A stretch of DNA of 64,000 nucleotides, taken from NCBI GenBank assembly GCA_964618115.1, contig CAZTZI010000206.1, positions 5,779 to 69,778 on the forward strand, in the 5' to 3' direction. Position numbers and translations under genes: made by a program. The notes below the pieces were generated by a model. The model saw only the letters and a program-made list of their open reading frames with translations. It was not told where the DNA came from and did no database searches. Shown here piece by piece: positions 55,341 to 64,000 of the stretch (its first letter is position 1; each line of letters begins with the position of its first letter). Source of the DNA: an uncultured Acidimicrobiales bacterium. GTDB taxonomy: Bacteria; Actinomycetota; Acidimicrobiia; Acidimicrobiales; CATQHL01.

Positions 55341-55446
55341 GCTTCCTCCTTGAGACTCTCCTTGATGAGACTCTCCTCGATCCTGAAATGCTCGGGGAAG
55401 CGAGACAAGCGTACCAGGCCGGGAGCGGGCGGCCCGGTCGTGGGGC

Positions 55447-56163
55447 TCAGCGGGTTGTGATGCGACCGACGGGCATCGCGGGATCCAGGGTGCCGTCAGG
55501 GCCAAGCGCGGCGCACAACAGGCGGGTCAGGGGGGCGAACTCGCCGATCTCGGGGAACGTGACGACCATGGTCCGCACCCCGTTCTCGGCCACGATCATC
55601 CGGTAGCGGAAGTCCTCGGTGGCATTGGGGCCGACCTCGGTCTCGTGGCCGTCGTGGGCCAGGAGGCCGGCCGCCAGCAGCTCTGGACGTCGCCCGCCAC
55701 CGTCGGCGGCAACGGGCACGATCGAACCCCACGCACCCGAGTTCACGGGATTGTCGGGGTCATAGCCGGGCGAGGTGCGCAGAGCCACGCCCGCCTCGTC
55801 GGTGACGATCACCTCGAAGTCGCGGTCGGTGGTGTTGGTCACACGGAAGCCAACGCTCTCGCCGGGTGCCACGCTGAAGTCCCGCGGGACACAGCCCGCC
55901 CGGCCGGCGGCGATGTCCTCCGGCCGCGGCGGCGACAACTCCTCGCCGTCGCCCAGGAACACGACCATCGCCACCGCGATCCAGGCCAATCCGACGGCGA
56001 CGGCCACCCACATCACCATGCGCCACAGGCGGCTGCGGTCGGGCTTGCGACGCCGGCCACGCCGCTGCGCGCCGGCACTGGGCTGCGCCCTGGCGCCGGC
56101 GGCGGCCGGCGGGGCAGAGGCCCTCGAGCCGCCGACTCGCCGCTTCGGCGGACCGGCGCTCAT
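55447..56163 (-). CDS. Hypothetical membrane-anchored protein (possibly cupredoxin-like)
   Basis: One TM helix, then SVAPGESVGFRVTN and C-terminal LLC...MP; start overlaps the upstream stop. Confidence 0.55.
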   Translation of the reverse strand: MSAGPPKRRVGGSRASAPPAAAGARAQPSAGAQRRGRRRKPDRSRLWRMVMWVAVAVGLAWIAVAMVVFLGDGEELSPPRPEDIAAGRAGCVPRDFSVAPGESVGFRVTNTTDRDFEVIVTDEAGVALRTSPGYDPDNPVNSGAWGSIVPVAADGGGRRPELLAAGLLAHDGHETEVGPNATEDFRYRMIVAENGVRTMVVTFPEIGEFAPLTRLLCAALGPDGTLDPAMPVGRITTR

Positions 56164-57014
56164 CCCTGCTGCGGGATGGCCTCGGGATGCTCTGGAGGCA
56201 CACCCACCGCCCCCGAGCAGGCCGCGCCGGGCTCGGGCACCGTCGGTCCATCGAACAGGTACACATCCAGGAAGCGATCGAAGCGTGGATCGTCAAGGGT
56301 CTCGAGGGGGAGTTGGCGTGCCCAGGCGGTCAGCACCAGCGGGGTCTTCTGCGCCTCGTAGGGCGAGACCAGCACGTGCGACGACTCGGTCGCCAGCACC
56401 GCCAACTGCCGGCGCACCTCAGGGGGTACATCAGACCGGTAGGTCACCCAGACGGCACCGTGCTCCAGGGAATGCACGGCCAGTTCGTCGAGCACGGGCA
56501 CCGTGTAGAAACCGCAGTTCAGCCAGATACCGAGGTGCGGGCCGCCGGCGGGCGGCGCCGTCGGATACTCGACGTCGTAACGCACATGGTCGGCGCTCGC
56601 CACCGGAACCGCGATCACCCCCTCGATGCCCTCGGGCGAGTCGCCGGGACCATCCGCCGGATCCGAGGACGCCAGCGGGGCGGAGGATTCCGCCATCGTG
56701 GATACCGTCAGCAGGGCATCCGCCAGGTCGGAACCGACTCGCCCACCACTCCCCGCTCGCGACTCATCGACGGGCTCGGCGGGAGGCTCAGTGCCATCCA
56801 GCGGCGCGGTGGGGGTGCTTGCCGGCGGGGGCTGCACCTCGGCCTCCGGTGTGCTCTCGGATCCCGTCGTCGGCGGTGGAGAACTCTCGGCGGTCGTCAC
56901 AGGCTCACCCGCGGGCGGCGACGCGGGTGCCTCGGCGACATCGTCCCCCCCGCAGGCGGCGACGAGAAAGATCGCGAGCACCAGCGTCGAAACCCTCCGT
57001 CGGAACGTCCCCAT
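56160..57014 (-). CDS. DUF3105 domain lipoprotein
   Basis: Lipobox VAAC; PPAGGPH...NCGFY...VHSLEHGAVWVTY...LTAW...PEPGAAC. Confidence 0.88.
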   Translation of the reverse strand: MGTFRRRVSTLVLAIFLVAACGGDDVAEAPASPPAGEPVTTAESSPPPTTGSESTPEAEVQPPPASTPTAPLDGTEPPAEPVDESRAGSGGRVGSDLADALLTVSTMAESSAPLASSDPADGPGDSPEGIEGVIAVPVASADHVRYDVEYPTAPPAGGPHLGIWLNCGFYTVPVLDELAVHSLEHGAVWVTYRSDVPPEVRRQLAVLATESSHVLVSPYEAQKTPLVLTAWARQLPLETLDDPRFDRFLDVYLFDGPTVPEPGAACSGAVGVPPEHPEAIPQQG

Positions 57015-57260
57015 CGGTGCGCTGTCCCCTCTACGTCTCCGGATCGCCGTCGCCGGGTGGCCGGCACCGCCATGCACCTGGGCGGACCTCGCTGGTTGGC
57101 GAAGGCCGAGGCGGCCGAACCTCCCACCCGGACACTACGGGACCGGGGCACGATTCCACGACCTGACCCGTCGGGCGGTCCTGTGTCGACTTGCCACCTC
57201 GTGTGCGGCCGCAGCCCAACACGCGGGACGGCCGCCGCCGGCGGCTCTAACCTCCGCGCT

Positions 57261-58142
57261 GTGACCGAGGCGCGGCGCAGTCACCCCGGGCGTTCTCCCC
57301 GAGACGGGAGGGATGCGCCGCTCTACAGCCGCTACCCGCCCGCGCCGGGTGCGGTGGCGATCGTGACGGGCGCGGCGAGCGGCATCGGGGCGGCGCTGGC
57401 ACGGCGCCTGGCGGCTGACGGTGCTCGGGTCGTGGTCAGCGATATCCACATCGAGGGCGCTGCGGCCGTCGCCGGGGACATCGGTGGCGAGGCCCGCGCC
57501 CTCGACGTGACCGACGCGGTGGCCACCCGCCACCTGATCGACGACGTGGAACGTTCGCTGGGTCCCGTGGAGATCTACTGCTCCAATGCGGGCCTGCTGA
57601 TCCCGGGAGGTGTCGAGACCACAACAGCGGGCTGGCAGCGGAGTTGGGACGTGCACGTCATGGCGCATTTCCATGCGGCGGCGGTTCTGGTGCCCCGCTG
57701 GCGCGCGCGCGGCGGTGGCATCCTCGTGGTGACCGCCTCCGCCGCGGGCCTGCTCACCCAGCTGGACTCCGCCTCCTACGCCGTGACGAAACATGCTGCA
57801 GTCGCCGCCGCCGAGTGGCTGGCCATCACGCACGGTGACCAGGGCGTGCAGGTCGCGGCCCTGTGCCCGCAGGCCGTGCGGACGCCGCTGCTGGAGGGCT
57901 CGACGGGATCGCGCGAATCGCCAGAACCCGGCGGCGTCGCACCGGCAGCGCGTTCGGCCGCCGCGGTCGACGGCGTGCTGGAGCCCGAGGCGGTCGCCGA
58001 CGCCACAGCCGCGGCTCTCCGCGAGGGACGGTTCCTCGTCCTGCCACACCCCGAGACGGCGACATACGCCAAGCGCCGCGCCGATGATCCCGATCGCTGG
58101 CTGGCGGGAATGCGTCGCCTCGCCCGCCGGATGGCGATCTAG
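57261..58142 (+). CDS. SDR oxidoreductase
   Basis: IVTGAASGIG, CSNAG, TASAAGLL, YAVTKHA and LCPQAVRT. Start approximate. Confidence 0.9.
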   Translation: MTEARRSHPGRSPRDGRDAPLYSRYPPAPGAVAIVTGAASGIGAALARRLAADGARVVVSDIHIEGAAAVAGDIGGEARALDVTDAVATRHLIDDVERSLGPVEIYCSNAGLLIPGGVETTTAGWQRSWDVHVMAHFHAAAVLVPRWRARGGGILVVTASAAGLLTQLDSASYAVTKHAAVAAAEWLAITHGDQGVQVAALCPQAVRTPLLEGSTGSRESPEPGGVAPAARSAAAVDGVLEPEAVADATAAALREGRFLVLPHPETATYAKRRADDPDRWLAGMRRLARRMAI

Positions 58143-58155
58143 CAGCGGCGCCGGA

Positions 58156-58851
58156 TCACTCGCCCGGCGGCGAGCCGGCAGCCGGCTGCACGAGTTCCGC
58201 CAGGGCCCCCATCACCGCCGCTGCCACCCGCTCGCGGTCGGTTCGCTCTCCCGGCGCGAGCGGTCCGAGCGCCTCGACGAGGACCCGGACCGTGGGACGG
58301 GCCCGGCCGAGGCGGAGACGCGGGAACCTCCGTCCGAGGGGCCACACCGCGTCGGTGCCGGTGATTGCACAGAGTGCCAGCGGCACGGTGCTGCGAGCCG
58401 CCAGCACGCCGATGCCGGCTTCCGGCGGGCCGACGCCGCTGGTCCGTTCCTCGGGGGGTATCACCCGACCCTCGGGCATGATCACCACCGTCTCGCCTCG
58501 CTCGAGAGCCGCGAGACACATCTTGATGCCCGTCAGGGCAGACCGGCCCGCCCCCATGGGAATGCAGCCCCCGGCACGCAGCAGGCGCCCCATCAGCCAG
58601 TGGTCGAAGTAGCGCTTGGCAACCACGATGTGGACCGACGACGGGTAGTTCCAGAACAGGCGGAAACCGACGACGATGTCGAACAGGCTGCGGTGGTTGC
58701 CCGCGAAGATGGCGGGCGCCGGCACGGGCAGCACCTGCGGTATGTCCCAGCGCGCCATCGCCGCGGCCGGCAGCCGGACGACCGTGCCCAGGAATCCGAA
58801 TCTGCGATGGTGGCTGGTTCGGTGACCGCTGATGGGCCGCATCGGCGGCAT
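58156..58851 (-). CDS. Lysophospholipid acyltransferase (PlsC family)
   Basis: NHRSLFD (HX4D) and IMPEG motifs. Start approximate. Confidence 0.85.
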   Translation of the reverse strand: MPPMRPISGHRTSHHRRFGFLGTVVRLPAAAMARWDIPQVLPVPAPAIFAGNHRSLFDIVVGFRLFWNYPSSVHIVVAKRYFDHWLMGRLLRAGGCIPMGAGRSALTGIKMCLAALERGETVVIMPEGRVIPPEERTSGVGPPEAGIGVLAARSTVPLALCAITGTDAVWPLGRRFPRLRLGRARPTVRVLVEALGPLAPGERTDRERVAAAVMGALAELVQPAAGSPPGE

Positions 58852-58914
58852 CGTAGAGGCCTCCGCGCTGCCTCCCGGGCCCAATACGCTGGTGACCGAA
58901 CGGGAGGTGAGTCC

Positions 58915-61200
58915 GTGGTCCACACAGAACTCCCGGACGGGCGGGAACGCCCGGAGTCTCCGCAGCGGGAGACCCGCGTCGATCTGACCGTCGGCGGCAT
59001 GCACTGCGGAGCCTGCGCGGCGCGCATCGAGGGCGCCCTTCGCGGGACCGCCGGCGTGTCCAGCGCGCACGTCAATTTCGCGGCCCACCGGGCCAGCGTC
59101 AGCTACGACGCGCAGCTGCTGAGCGAGCGCGACGTGCTTGAGTGCATCGAGCACCTCGGCTACCAGGCCGTCCCGGGTCGCTTGCGCCTGGAAGGGGAGG
59201 AGCCACGCTGGACGAGTGGGCGGGCGCTTGTGGTCACCCTCGCGCTGGCCGCCGCCTCGATGCTGGTCTCATCGCTCGACGCGCTTCGCTTCGCCGGGTG
59301 GCAGTGGCTCGTGTTGGGGCTCACCATGCCGGTCGTCCTGATCAGCGGGCTGGCGTTCCACCGGCCCGGCTGGAGGGCGGTGCGGCGGCGCCACGCCACC
59401 ATGGACACACTCGTCTCACTGGGATCGTCGGTGGCGTGGGGCTGGTCGGCGGTCATCACGATCGGCGATCTCGCCGGGCACGTGTACTTCGACACGGCCG
59501 CGGTCATCGTGGCCGTCGTGCTGGCGGGTCGACGCCTCGAGGCCCGCGCCCGGCAACGTGCGGGCGATGCCATCGGGGCTCTCGTACGACTCGGCGCCGG
59601 CTCTGTCCGGCTCCCCGACGGCAGCGACGTTTCCCCGGAGCAGCTCGCCGTCGGGATGCGCTTCCTGGTGCGACCCGGCGAGAGGATCGCGGCCGACGGC
59701 GTCGTGATCGAGGGTCACTCCGCCGTCGACACGTCGGTGATGACCGGGGAGCCGGTGCCGGTCGAGGTCGGTCCCGGCACCGAGGTGACCGGCGGCGCGC
59801 TCAACACCAACGGCTCGCTCACCGTGGAGGCTCGCCGGGTGGGCGCCGAGGGAACCCTGGCGCAGGTTGTTCGCCTGGTCGAGGAGGCACTGGTCCGCAA
59901 GGCGCCGATCCAGCGACTCGCCGACCGGGTCTCGGCGATCTTCGTACCCGCTGTGGTCGTGGTGGCGCTGGCCACGCTCGTCGGGTGGCTGCTCGTCGGA
60001 CCGGCGGGCGAGGCCATCAGCCCGGCCGTGGCCGTGTTGATCGTCGCCTGCCCGTGCGCCCTCGGTCTGGCCACCCCGGCGGCATTCCTGGCCGGCAGCG
60101 GGCGCGGCGCTCGCATGGGAGTGATCATCCGAGGCCCCGACGCCCTGGAGGCCGCCAGGAGCATCGACGTCGTCGCCCTGGACAAGACGGGAACGATCAC
60201 CGAGGGACGGCTGGAGGTCGTGGCGACCGAGACCAGCGCCGGAACGACCGAGGCCGAGTTGCTCGCGATGGCTGCGGCACTCGAGGCCCGTTCCGAACAC
60301 CCCGTCGCGGAGGCCGTGGTCCGCGCCGCGAGGGTGGCGGAGCGGGGGCCCGCACCGCCGGGCGCCCCCGACCACCGGCGCCCGGTGGAAGACTTCAAGA
60401 ACCTGCCGGGCTTCGGCGTCCAGGGCCGGGTGCTCGCGCCAGGATCGAACGACTCCGGCGGTGGCGGCAGCAGTGCCGGAGCGTTCGAACCCGATCCCGC
60501 CGGCGGGACGGCCGTGACCGCCGGCCGCCGCGAGCTGTTCGATGACGTCCCGCAAGCTCTGGCATCAGCCGCGGATCGCCACGCGGCCGACGGGCGCACG
60601 CTCGTGTTCGTGGGCACCGGCGGCACCGCAGTGGGGTTCCTGGCGCTGGCCGACACCGTGAAGACCACGAGTGCCCCAGCCGTCGCCGCCTGGAGGGAAC
60701 TGGGCCTGGAGGTCGTGCTGCTGAGCGGCGACAACAGAGCCGCGGCGGAGCAGGTGGCCCGGGAGGTGGGCATCGACCGCACACTCGCCGAGCTGAGCCC
60801 CGCCGACAAGGCGGCCGAAATCGAGCGCCTGCAGGCGGCAGGTCGGCGCGTGGCCATGGTCGGCGACGGCGTGAACGACGCCCCGGCTCTGGCTTCCGCG
60901 GAACTTGGCGTGGCCATCGGCACCGGTGCAGACGTGGCGGCCGAGGCGTCGGACCTGACCCTCGTGGGCGCCGATCTGCGTGTGGCGGTCGACGCGTTGG
61001 CGCTGGCGCGGCGCACCCTCGGCACCATCCGGGGGAACCTGTTCTGGGCGTTCGCCTACAACACCGCTGCCATCCCCCTGGCTGCGGTGGGCTTACTACG
61101 TCCGGAGATCGCGGCGGCGGCCATGGGGCTATCCTCGCTCTTCGTGCTCGGCAACTCGTTGCGTCTCAGCCGCTTCGGAAGTCTCCGCACATCCCGATGA
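58915..61200 (+). CDS. copA: Copper-translocating P1B-type ATPase
   Basis: GMHCGAC HMA domain, TGEP, CPCALGLATP, DKTGT, EHP, GDGVNDAP, WAFAYN and MGLSS. Confidence 0.9.
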   Translation: MVHTELPDGRERPESPQRETRVDLTVGGMHCGACAARIEGALRGTAGVSSAHVNFAAHRASVSYDAQLLSERDVLECIEHLGYQAVPGRLRLEGEEPRWTSGRALVVTLALAAASMLVSSLDALRFAGWQWLVLGLTMPVVLISGLAFHRPGWRAVRRRHATMDTLVSLGSSVAWGWSAVITIGDLAGHVYFDTAAVIVAVVLAGRRLEARARQRAGDAIGALVRLGAGSVRLPDGSDVSPEQLAVGMRFLVRPGERIAADGVVIEGHSAVDTSVMTGEPVPVEVGPGTEVTGGALNTNGSLTVEARRVGAEGTLAQVVRLVEEALVRKAPIQRLADRVSAIFVPAVVVVALATLVGWLLVGPAGEAISPAVAVLIVACPCALGLATPAAFLAGSGRGARMGVIIRGPDALEAARSIDVVALDKTGTITEGRLEVVATETSAGTTEAELLAMAAALEARSEHPVAEAVVRAARVAERGPAPPGAPDHRRPVEDFKNLPGFGVQGRVLAPGSNDSGGGGSSAGAFEPDPAGGTAVTAGRRELFDDVPQALASAADRHAADGRTLVFVGTGGTAVGFLALADTVKTTSAPAVAAWRELGLEVVLLSGDNRAAAEQVAREVGIDRTLAELSPADKAAEIERLQAAGRRVAMVGDGVNDAPALASAELGVAIGTGADVAAEASDLTLVGADLRVAVDALALARRTLGTIRGNLFWAFAYNTAAIPLAAVGLLRPEIAAAAMGLSSLFVLGNSLRLSRFGSLRTSR

Positions 61201-61279
61201 GCCGCCGCACAGCCGGGGCGGCGACCGGCGACCGGCCAACGCTCCGCATCGGGACGCCACCAGCGCAGCCGGCCGACCG

Positions 61280-62305
61280 ATGATTGCCGACGGCGTCGCG
61301 CCCGGCGCCGGACACATCCCGCTCGACGGGCCGTACTACGACCTGCTGCAACCGGGAGTCGAGTTACCGCAGCAGCCGGGCGTGACCATCGACAGTGGCG
61401 TCTGCGCCATCTACCAGGCCCTCGTCGGCGAGCGACTGCCGCTCACCCAGAATCGGCGGACATGTGCCGAGGTGACCGGCTCCGATCAGCCACTCGTCAG
61501 TCCCGGCCTCATCATGGCGCTGTCCGTCGGCCACACCACGACCGTCAGCCGGCGCGTCGTCGCCAACCTCTTCTACCGCGACGTCCTCCTGCCGCATCCG
61601 GTCTACCAGGGCGAGACATTGGAGACCACGGTCCGCGTGCTGGCCATGCGCGACGGGCGACGCCGCCCCGACCGCCCGCCGCGCGGCATGGTCCTCGTCG
61701 CCTGCGAGAGCACCGCTGACGGTGCCGTGGCGGCCACCTACCAGCGCTGCCCGCTGCTGCCGACCATCGGGAGCGACCTGCCGGGATTCTCCGACGACAT
61801 CGGCGGCGGCGCCGCCGGCGACGACCCGACCGGCGGGATCGACCTGGAGGCCTGTGCAGGACTGGTGCCGGGCGACTGGCGGCTGCCACTGCTCGGCCAA
61901 CCCGACACCTGGGAGGTCGGGGCAATCGTGGCCGATCCCCTGCGGGACTACATCGACAACACCCCGGCGCTGCTGCACCTGACCCACAACCTGGCGTTCG
62001 TTCATCGAGACGCCGACGTCTCGCCGTACGGGCGCCGCCTGGTGAACGGCCTGCAGGTGGTCGGCATGGCACAGGCCTCGCTCAGCCGGGTGCTGGGTGG
62101 CATGGCAACCGTGGTGGCCTGGGGCTACTGCAACCACACCGGCCCGGTGTTCGAGAGCGACCTGCTGTCGTTCTCCCACACCCTGCTCGGCGAGATCTCC
62201 GCCGGTCAGGGTCGCGTACGTGCGGTGCGGGTGGAGGCGACCGCCCATCGTGACGACGGCCCCGCCCACGTACTCGACTGGACCCTCGCCGCCGTCACCC
62301 CCTGA
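61280..62305 (+). CDS. MaoC double-hotdog acyl-CoA hydratase (mesaconyl-CoA hydratase-like)
   Basis: GPYYDLL, VVANLFYR, PVYQGETL, LTHNLAFVHRD, GRRLVNG, HTGPVFESD and VLDW. Confidence 0.82.
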   Translation: MIADGVAPGAGHIPLDGPYYDLLQPGVELPQQPGVTIDSGVCAIYQALVGERLPLTQNRRTCAEVTGSDQPLVSPGLIMALSVGHTTTVSRRVVANLFYRDVLLPHPVYQGETLETTVRVLAMRDGRRRPDRPPRGMVLVACESTADGAVAATYQRCPLLPTIGSDLPGFSDDIGGGAAGDDPTGGIDLEACAGLVPGDWRLPLLGQPDTWEVGAIVADPLRDYIDNTPALLHLTHNLAFVHRDADVSPYGRRLVNGLQVVGMAQASLSRVLGGMATVVAWGYCNHTGPVFESDLLSFSHTLLGEISAGQGRVRAVRVEATAHRDDGPAHVLDWTLAAVTP

Positions 62306-62346
62306 GCCGGCGATCACGTCTTGGACGCGCCAGGAGCCGCGTCCCG

Positions 62347-64000
62347 TCAGTCCCGGATGAGCGAGCGGATCAGTTCCGGCGTGGCGGGCAGTGTCGTGAC
62401 TGCGCCAGGTTGCCCGATGGCGTCGTCGATGGCCGCCGCTATGGCCGCCCCGCAGGCGTTCGTGCCACCCTCGCCCACACCCTTGAGACCCAGCGGGTTG
62501 AGCGGGCTGGGGGCGTCCTCGCTCAGCAGAACCTCCACGGCCGGTTGCTCGGCCACCGTCGGCATCAGATAGTCCATGAACGAAGTGGCGAGTGGCTGGC
62601 CGTCGGCGTCGTAGCTGAAGAGCTCGAGCAGCGCGCCGCCGACACCCTGGGCGACACCGCCGACGATCTGGCCCTCGCACAGCATCGGGTTCACAGCCCG
62701 ACCCACGTCATAGGCCACGACATAGCGCTCGATCACTACCCCGCCCGTGCCCTCGTCGACACGCACGACCGCGGCGTGGGCACCGTAGGGGTAGGTCATG
62801 TGATCGGCGTTGAACGTGGCCTCGGCAGGCTCACCCGTCGCAGCCAGTTCGGTTGCTGCCAGGTACACGGCCACGCCGGTCATGACCGTCACCCGGCTGG
62901 CGAAGGCCCCCATGCCGCGGCCGATCATGTCGGTCTGCCCGTGGTGAACCGTCACGTCGCCATAGTCCACACCCAGCACCTCGGCGCAGATCTGGGCGAT
63001 GGCGGTCTCCATCCCCTGGCCCACCGACGCGGCGCCCGTCACCACCTCCACGCCCCCGCCATCGAGACGACGCACGCACACGTCGTCGAACGGCCCCAGA
63101 CCGGACTTCTCGACGAACATGCCGATGCCCAGTCCCACCAGCTCCCCGGCGCCGCGCCTCCGGGCCAACGACTCCCGCAGCGACTCGTAGCCGACGTGGC
63201 CGAGCAGCCGGTCCAGCAGCCTCCGGTAGTCGCCGGAGTCGAAGACGACCTTCGTGCCGAGGGTGCTGACCCGGCGATCGAACGGCATGTCCTCGGAGGG
63301 GATGAGGTTGCGGCGTCGCACCTCCGCCGGGTCCAGGTCGTACGCGGTCGCCACGGCGTCCATCAGCCGCTCGCGCACGAACGTGCTCTCGAACCGGCCC
63401 GGCGCGCGATACGTGCCCCCAGGGGTCTTGTTGGTGAGCCGGATGTGGCCGCGCACGCGGTAGGCGGGCAGGACGTAGGGACCTGGCAGCAGCGCCACCG
63501 ACAGGTTCGGCACGGTCGCCCCGTGGGTGCGGACGTACCCACCCTGGTCGTGGAAGAACTCGGCGTCGAGAGCCTGGACGATGCCGCGGGAGTCCACGGC
63601 TGCACGAACGTGGTAGGTCTGGTCGCGCGAGTGGTTGGTCGCCAGCAGGTGCTCCCTCCGGTCCTCCACCCATTTCACGGGACGATCCAGCTTCAGCGCG
63701 GCGTACGTCACGAGCAGATCCTCGGGGTAGAGCTCGCCGCGGACCCCGAACCCTCCGCCCACGTGCCCTTCCCTGCCGATGATCTGTCCGGGCGCCAGGT
63801 CGAGCATGGCGGCGATGGTGGCGCAGTTGTAGTGGGGCACCTTGGCGATGCCGTACAACTCCACGCCGCCGCCCTCCACCGGCCGCGCCAGCAGGCCGCG
63901 GGTCTCCAGCGGGATCCCGCTGTGGCGACCCACCGCCGCCCGCAACTCCACGACTCTGTGGGCGCCGGCGAAGGCTTCGTCCACGTCGCCGTAACCGTTC
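62347..64000 (-). CDS. Xanthine dehydrogenase/CoxL family molybdopterin-binding subunit (start lies beyond the window)
   Basis: VGGGFG, TYRAPGR, FDSGDY, GQGMET, GQIVGGVAQG and GLKGVGEGG. Confidence 0.9.
   Translation of the reverse strand, partial: NGYGDVDEAFAGAHRVVELRAAVGRHSGIPLETRGLLARPVEGGGVELYGIAKVPHYNCATIAAMLDLAPGQIIGREGHVGGGFGVRGELYPEDLLVTYAALKLDRPVKWVEDRREHLLATNHSRDQTYHVRAAVDSRGIVQALDAEFFHDQGGYVRTHGATVPNLSVALLPGPYVLPAYRVRGHIRLTNKTPGGTYRAPGRFESTFVRERLMDAVATAYDLDPAEVRRRNLIPSEDMPFDRRVSTLGTKVVFDSGDYRRLLDRLLGHVGYESLRESLARRRGAGELVGLGIGMFVEKSGLGPFDDVCVRRLDGGGVEVVTGAASVGQGMETAIAQICAEVLGVDYGDVTVHHGQTDMIGRGMGAFASRVTVMTGVAVYLAATELAATGEPAEATFNADHMTYPYGAHAAVVRVDEGTGGVVIERYVVAYDVGRAVNPMLCEGQIVGGVAQGVGGALLELFSYDADGQPLATSFMDYLMPTVAEQPAVEVLLSEDAPSPLNPLGLKGVGEGGTNACGAAIAAAIDDAIGQPGAVTTLPATPELIRSLIRD

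Noticed and set aside
58915-61200. Functional link between the Cu ATPase and the copper amine oxidase
   Set aside because: About 10 kb apart with unrelated genes between them and no shared motif seen.
62347-64000. Form I aerobic CO dehydrogenase CoxL
   Set aside because: Active-site loop reads TYRAPGR rather than AYRCSFR, so only a generic molybdenum hydroxylase call is supported.

Overview
A very GC-rich, gene-dense 64-kb window, most likely from an actinobacterium (Acidimicrobiia-like; inferred from composition and gene style). It is almost entirely catabolic and transport genes; I saw no rRNA, tRNA, transposase, phage or cas genes. The most striking part (about 1-28 kb) is a set of operons linked by a recurring 17-bp palindrome, GTTCC-N7-GGAAC, found at six positions, two of them next to an IclR regulator gene. 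Its core (7.9-16.2 kb) encodes two red-chlorophyll-catabolite-reductase (RCCR)/ferredoxin-dependent bilin reductase-like proteins flanking a Rieske oxygenase, an SDR closely resembling chlorophyll b reductase NOL/NYC1, four calycin-like beta-barrel proteins, a DUF3891-like protein and a Dabb protein. Operons under the same motif carry a neocarzinostatin-like protein, an ABC importer, flavin oxidoreductases and amide/imide/maleate-type enzymes. Together this suggests (inference, untested) an undescribed bacterial chlorophyll/tetrapyrrole catabolic system mirroring plant NOL-PAO-RCCR. The rest holds a peptide-type ABC importer followed by methyltransferase, cupin, hydantoinase, nitrilase-family and copper amine oxidase genes (34-51 kb), tpx, an acyl-CoA dehydrogenase, two duplicated micro-ORFs, a Cu P-type ATPase, a MaoC hydratase and a partial molybdenum hydroxylase subunit. 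All family calls come from motif recognition by eye, not database searches.
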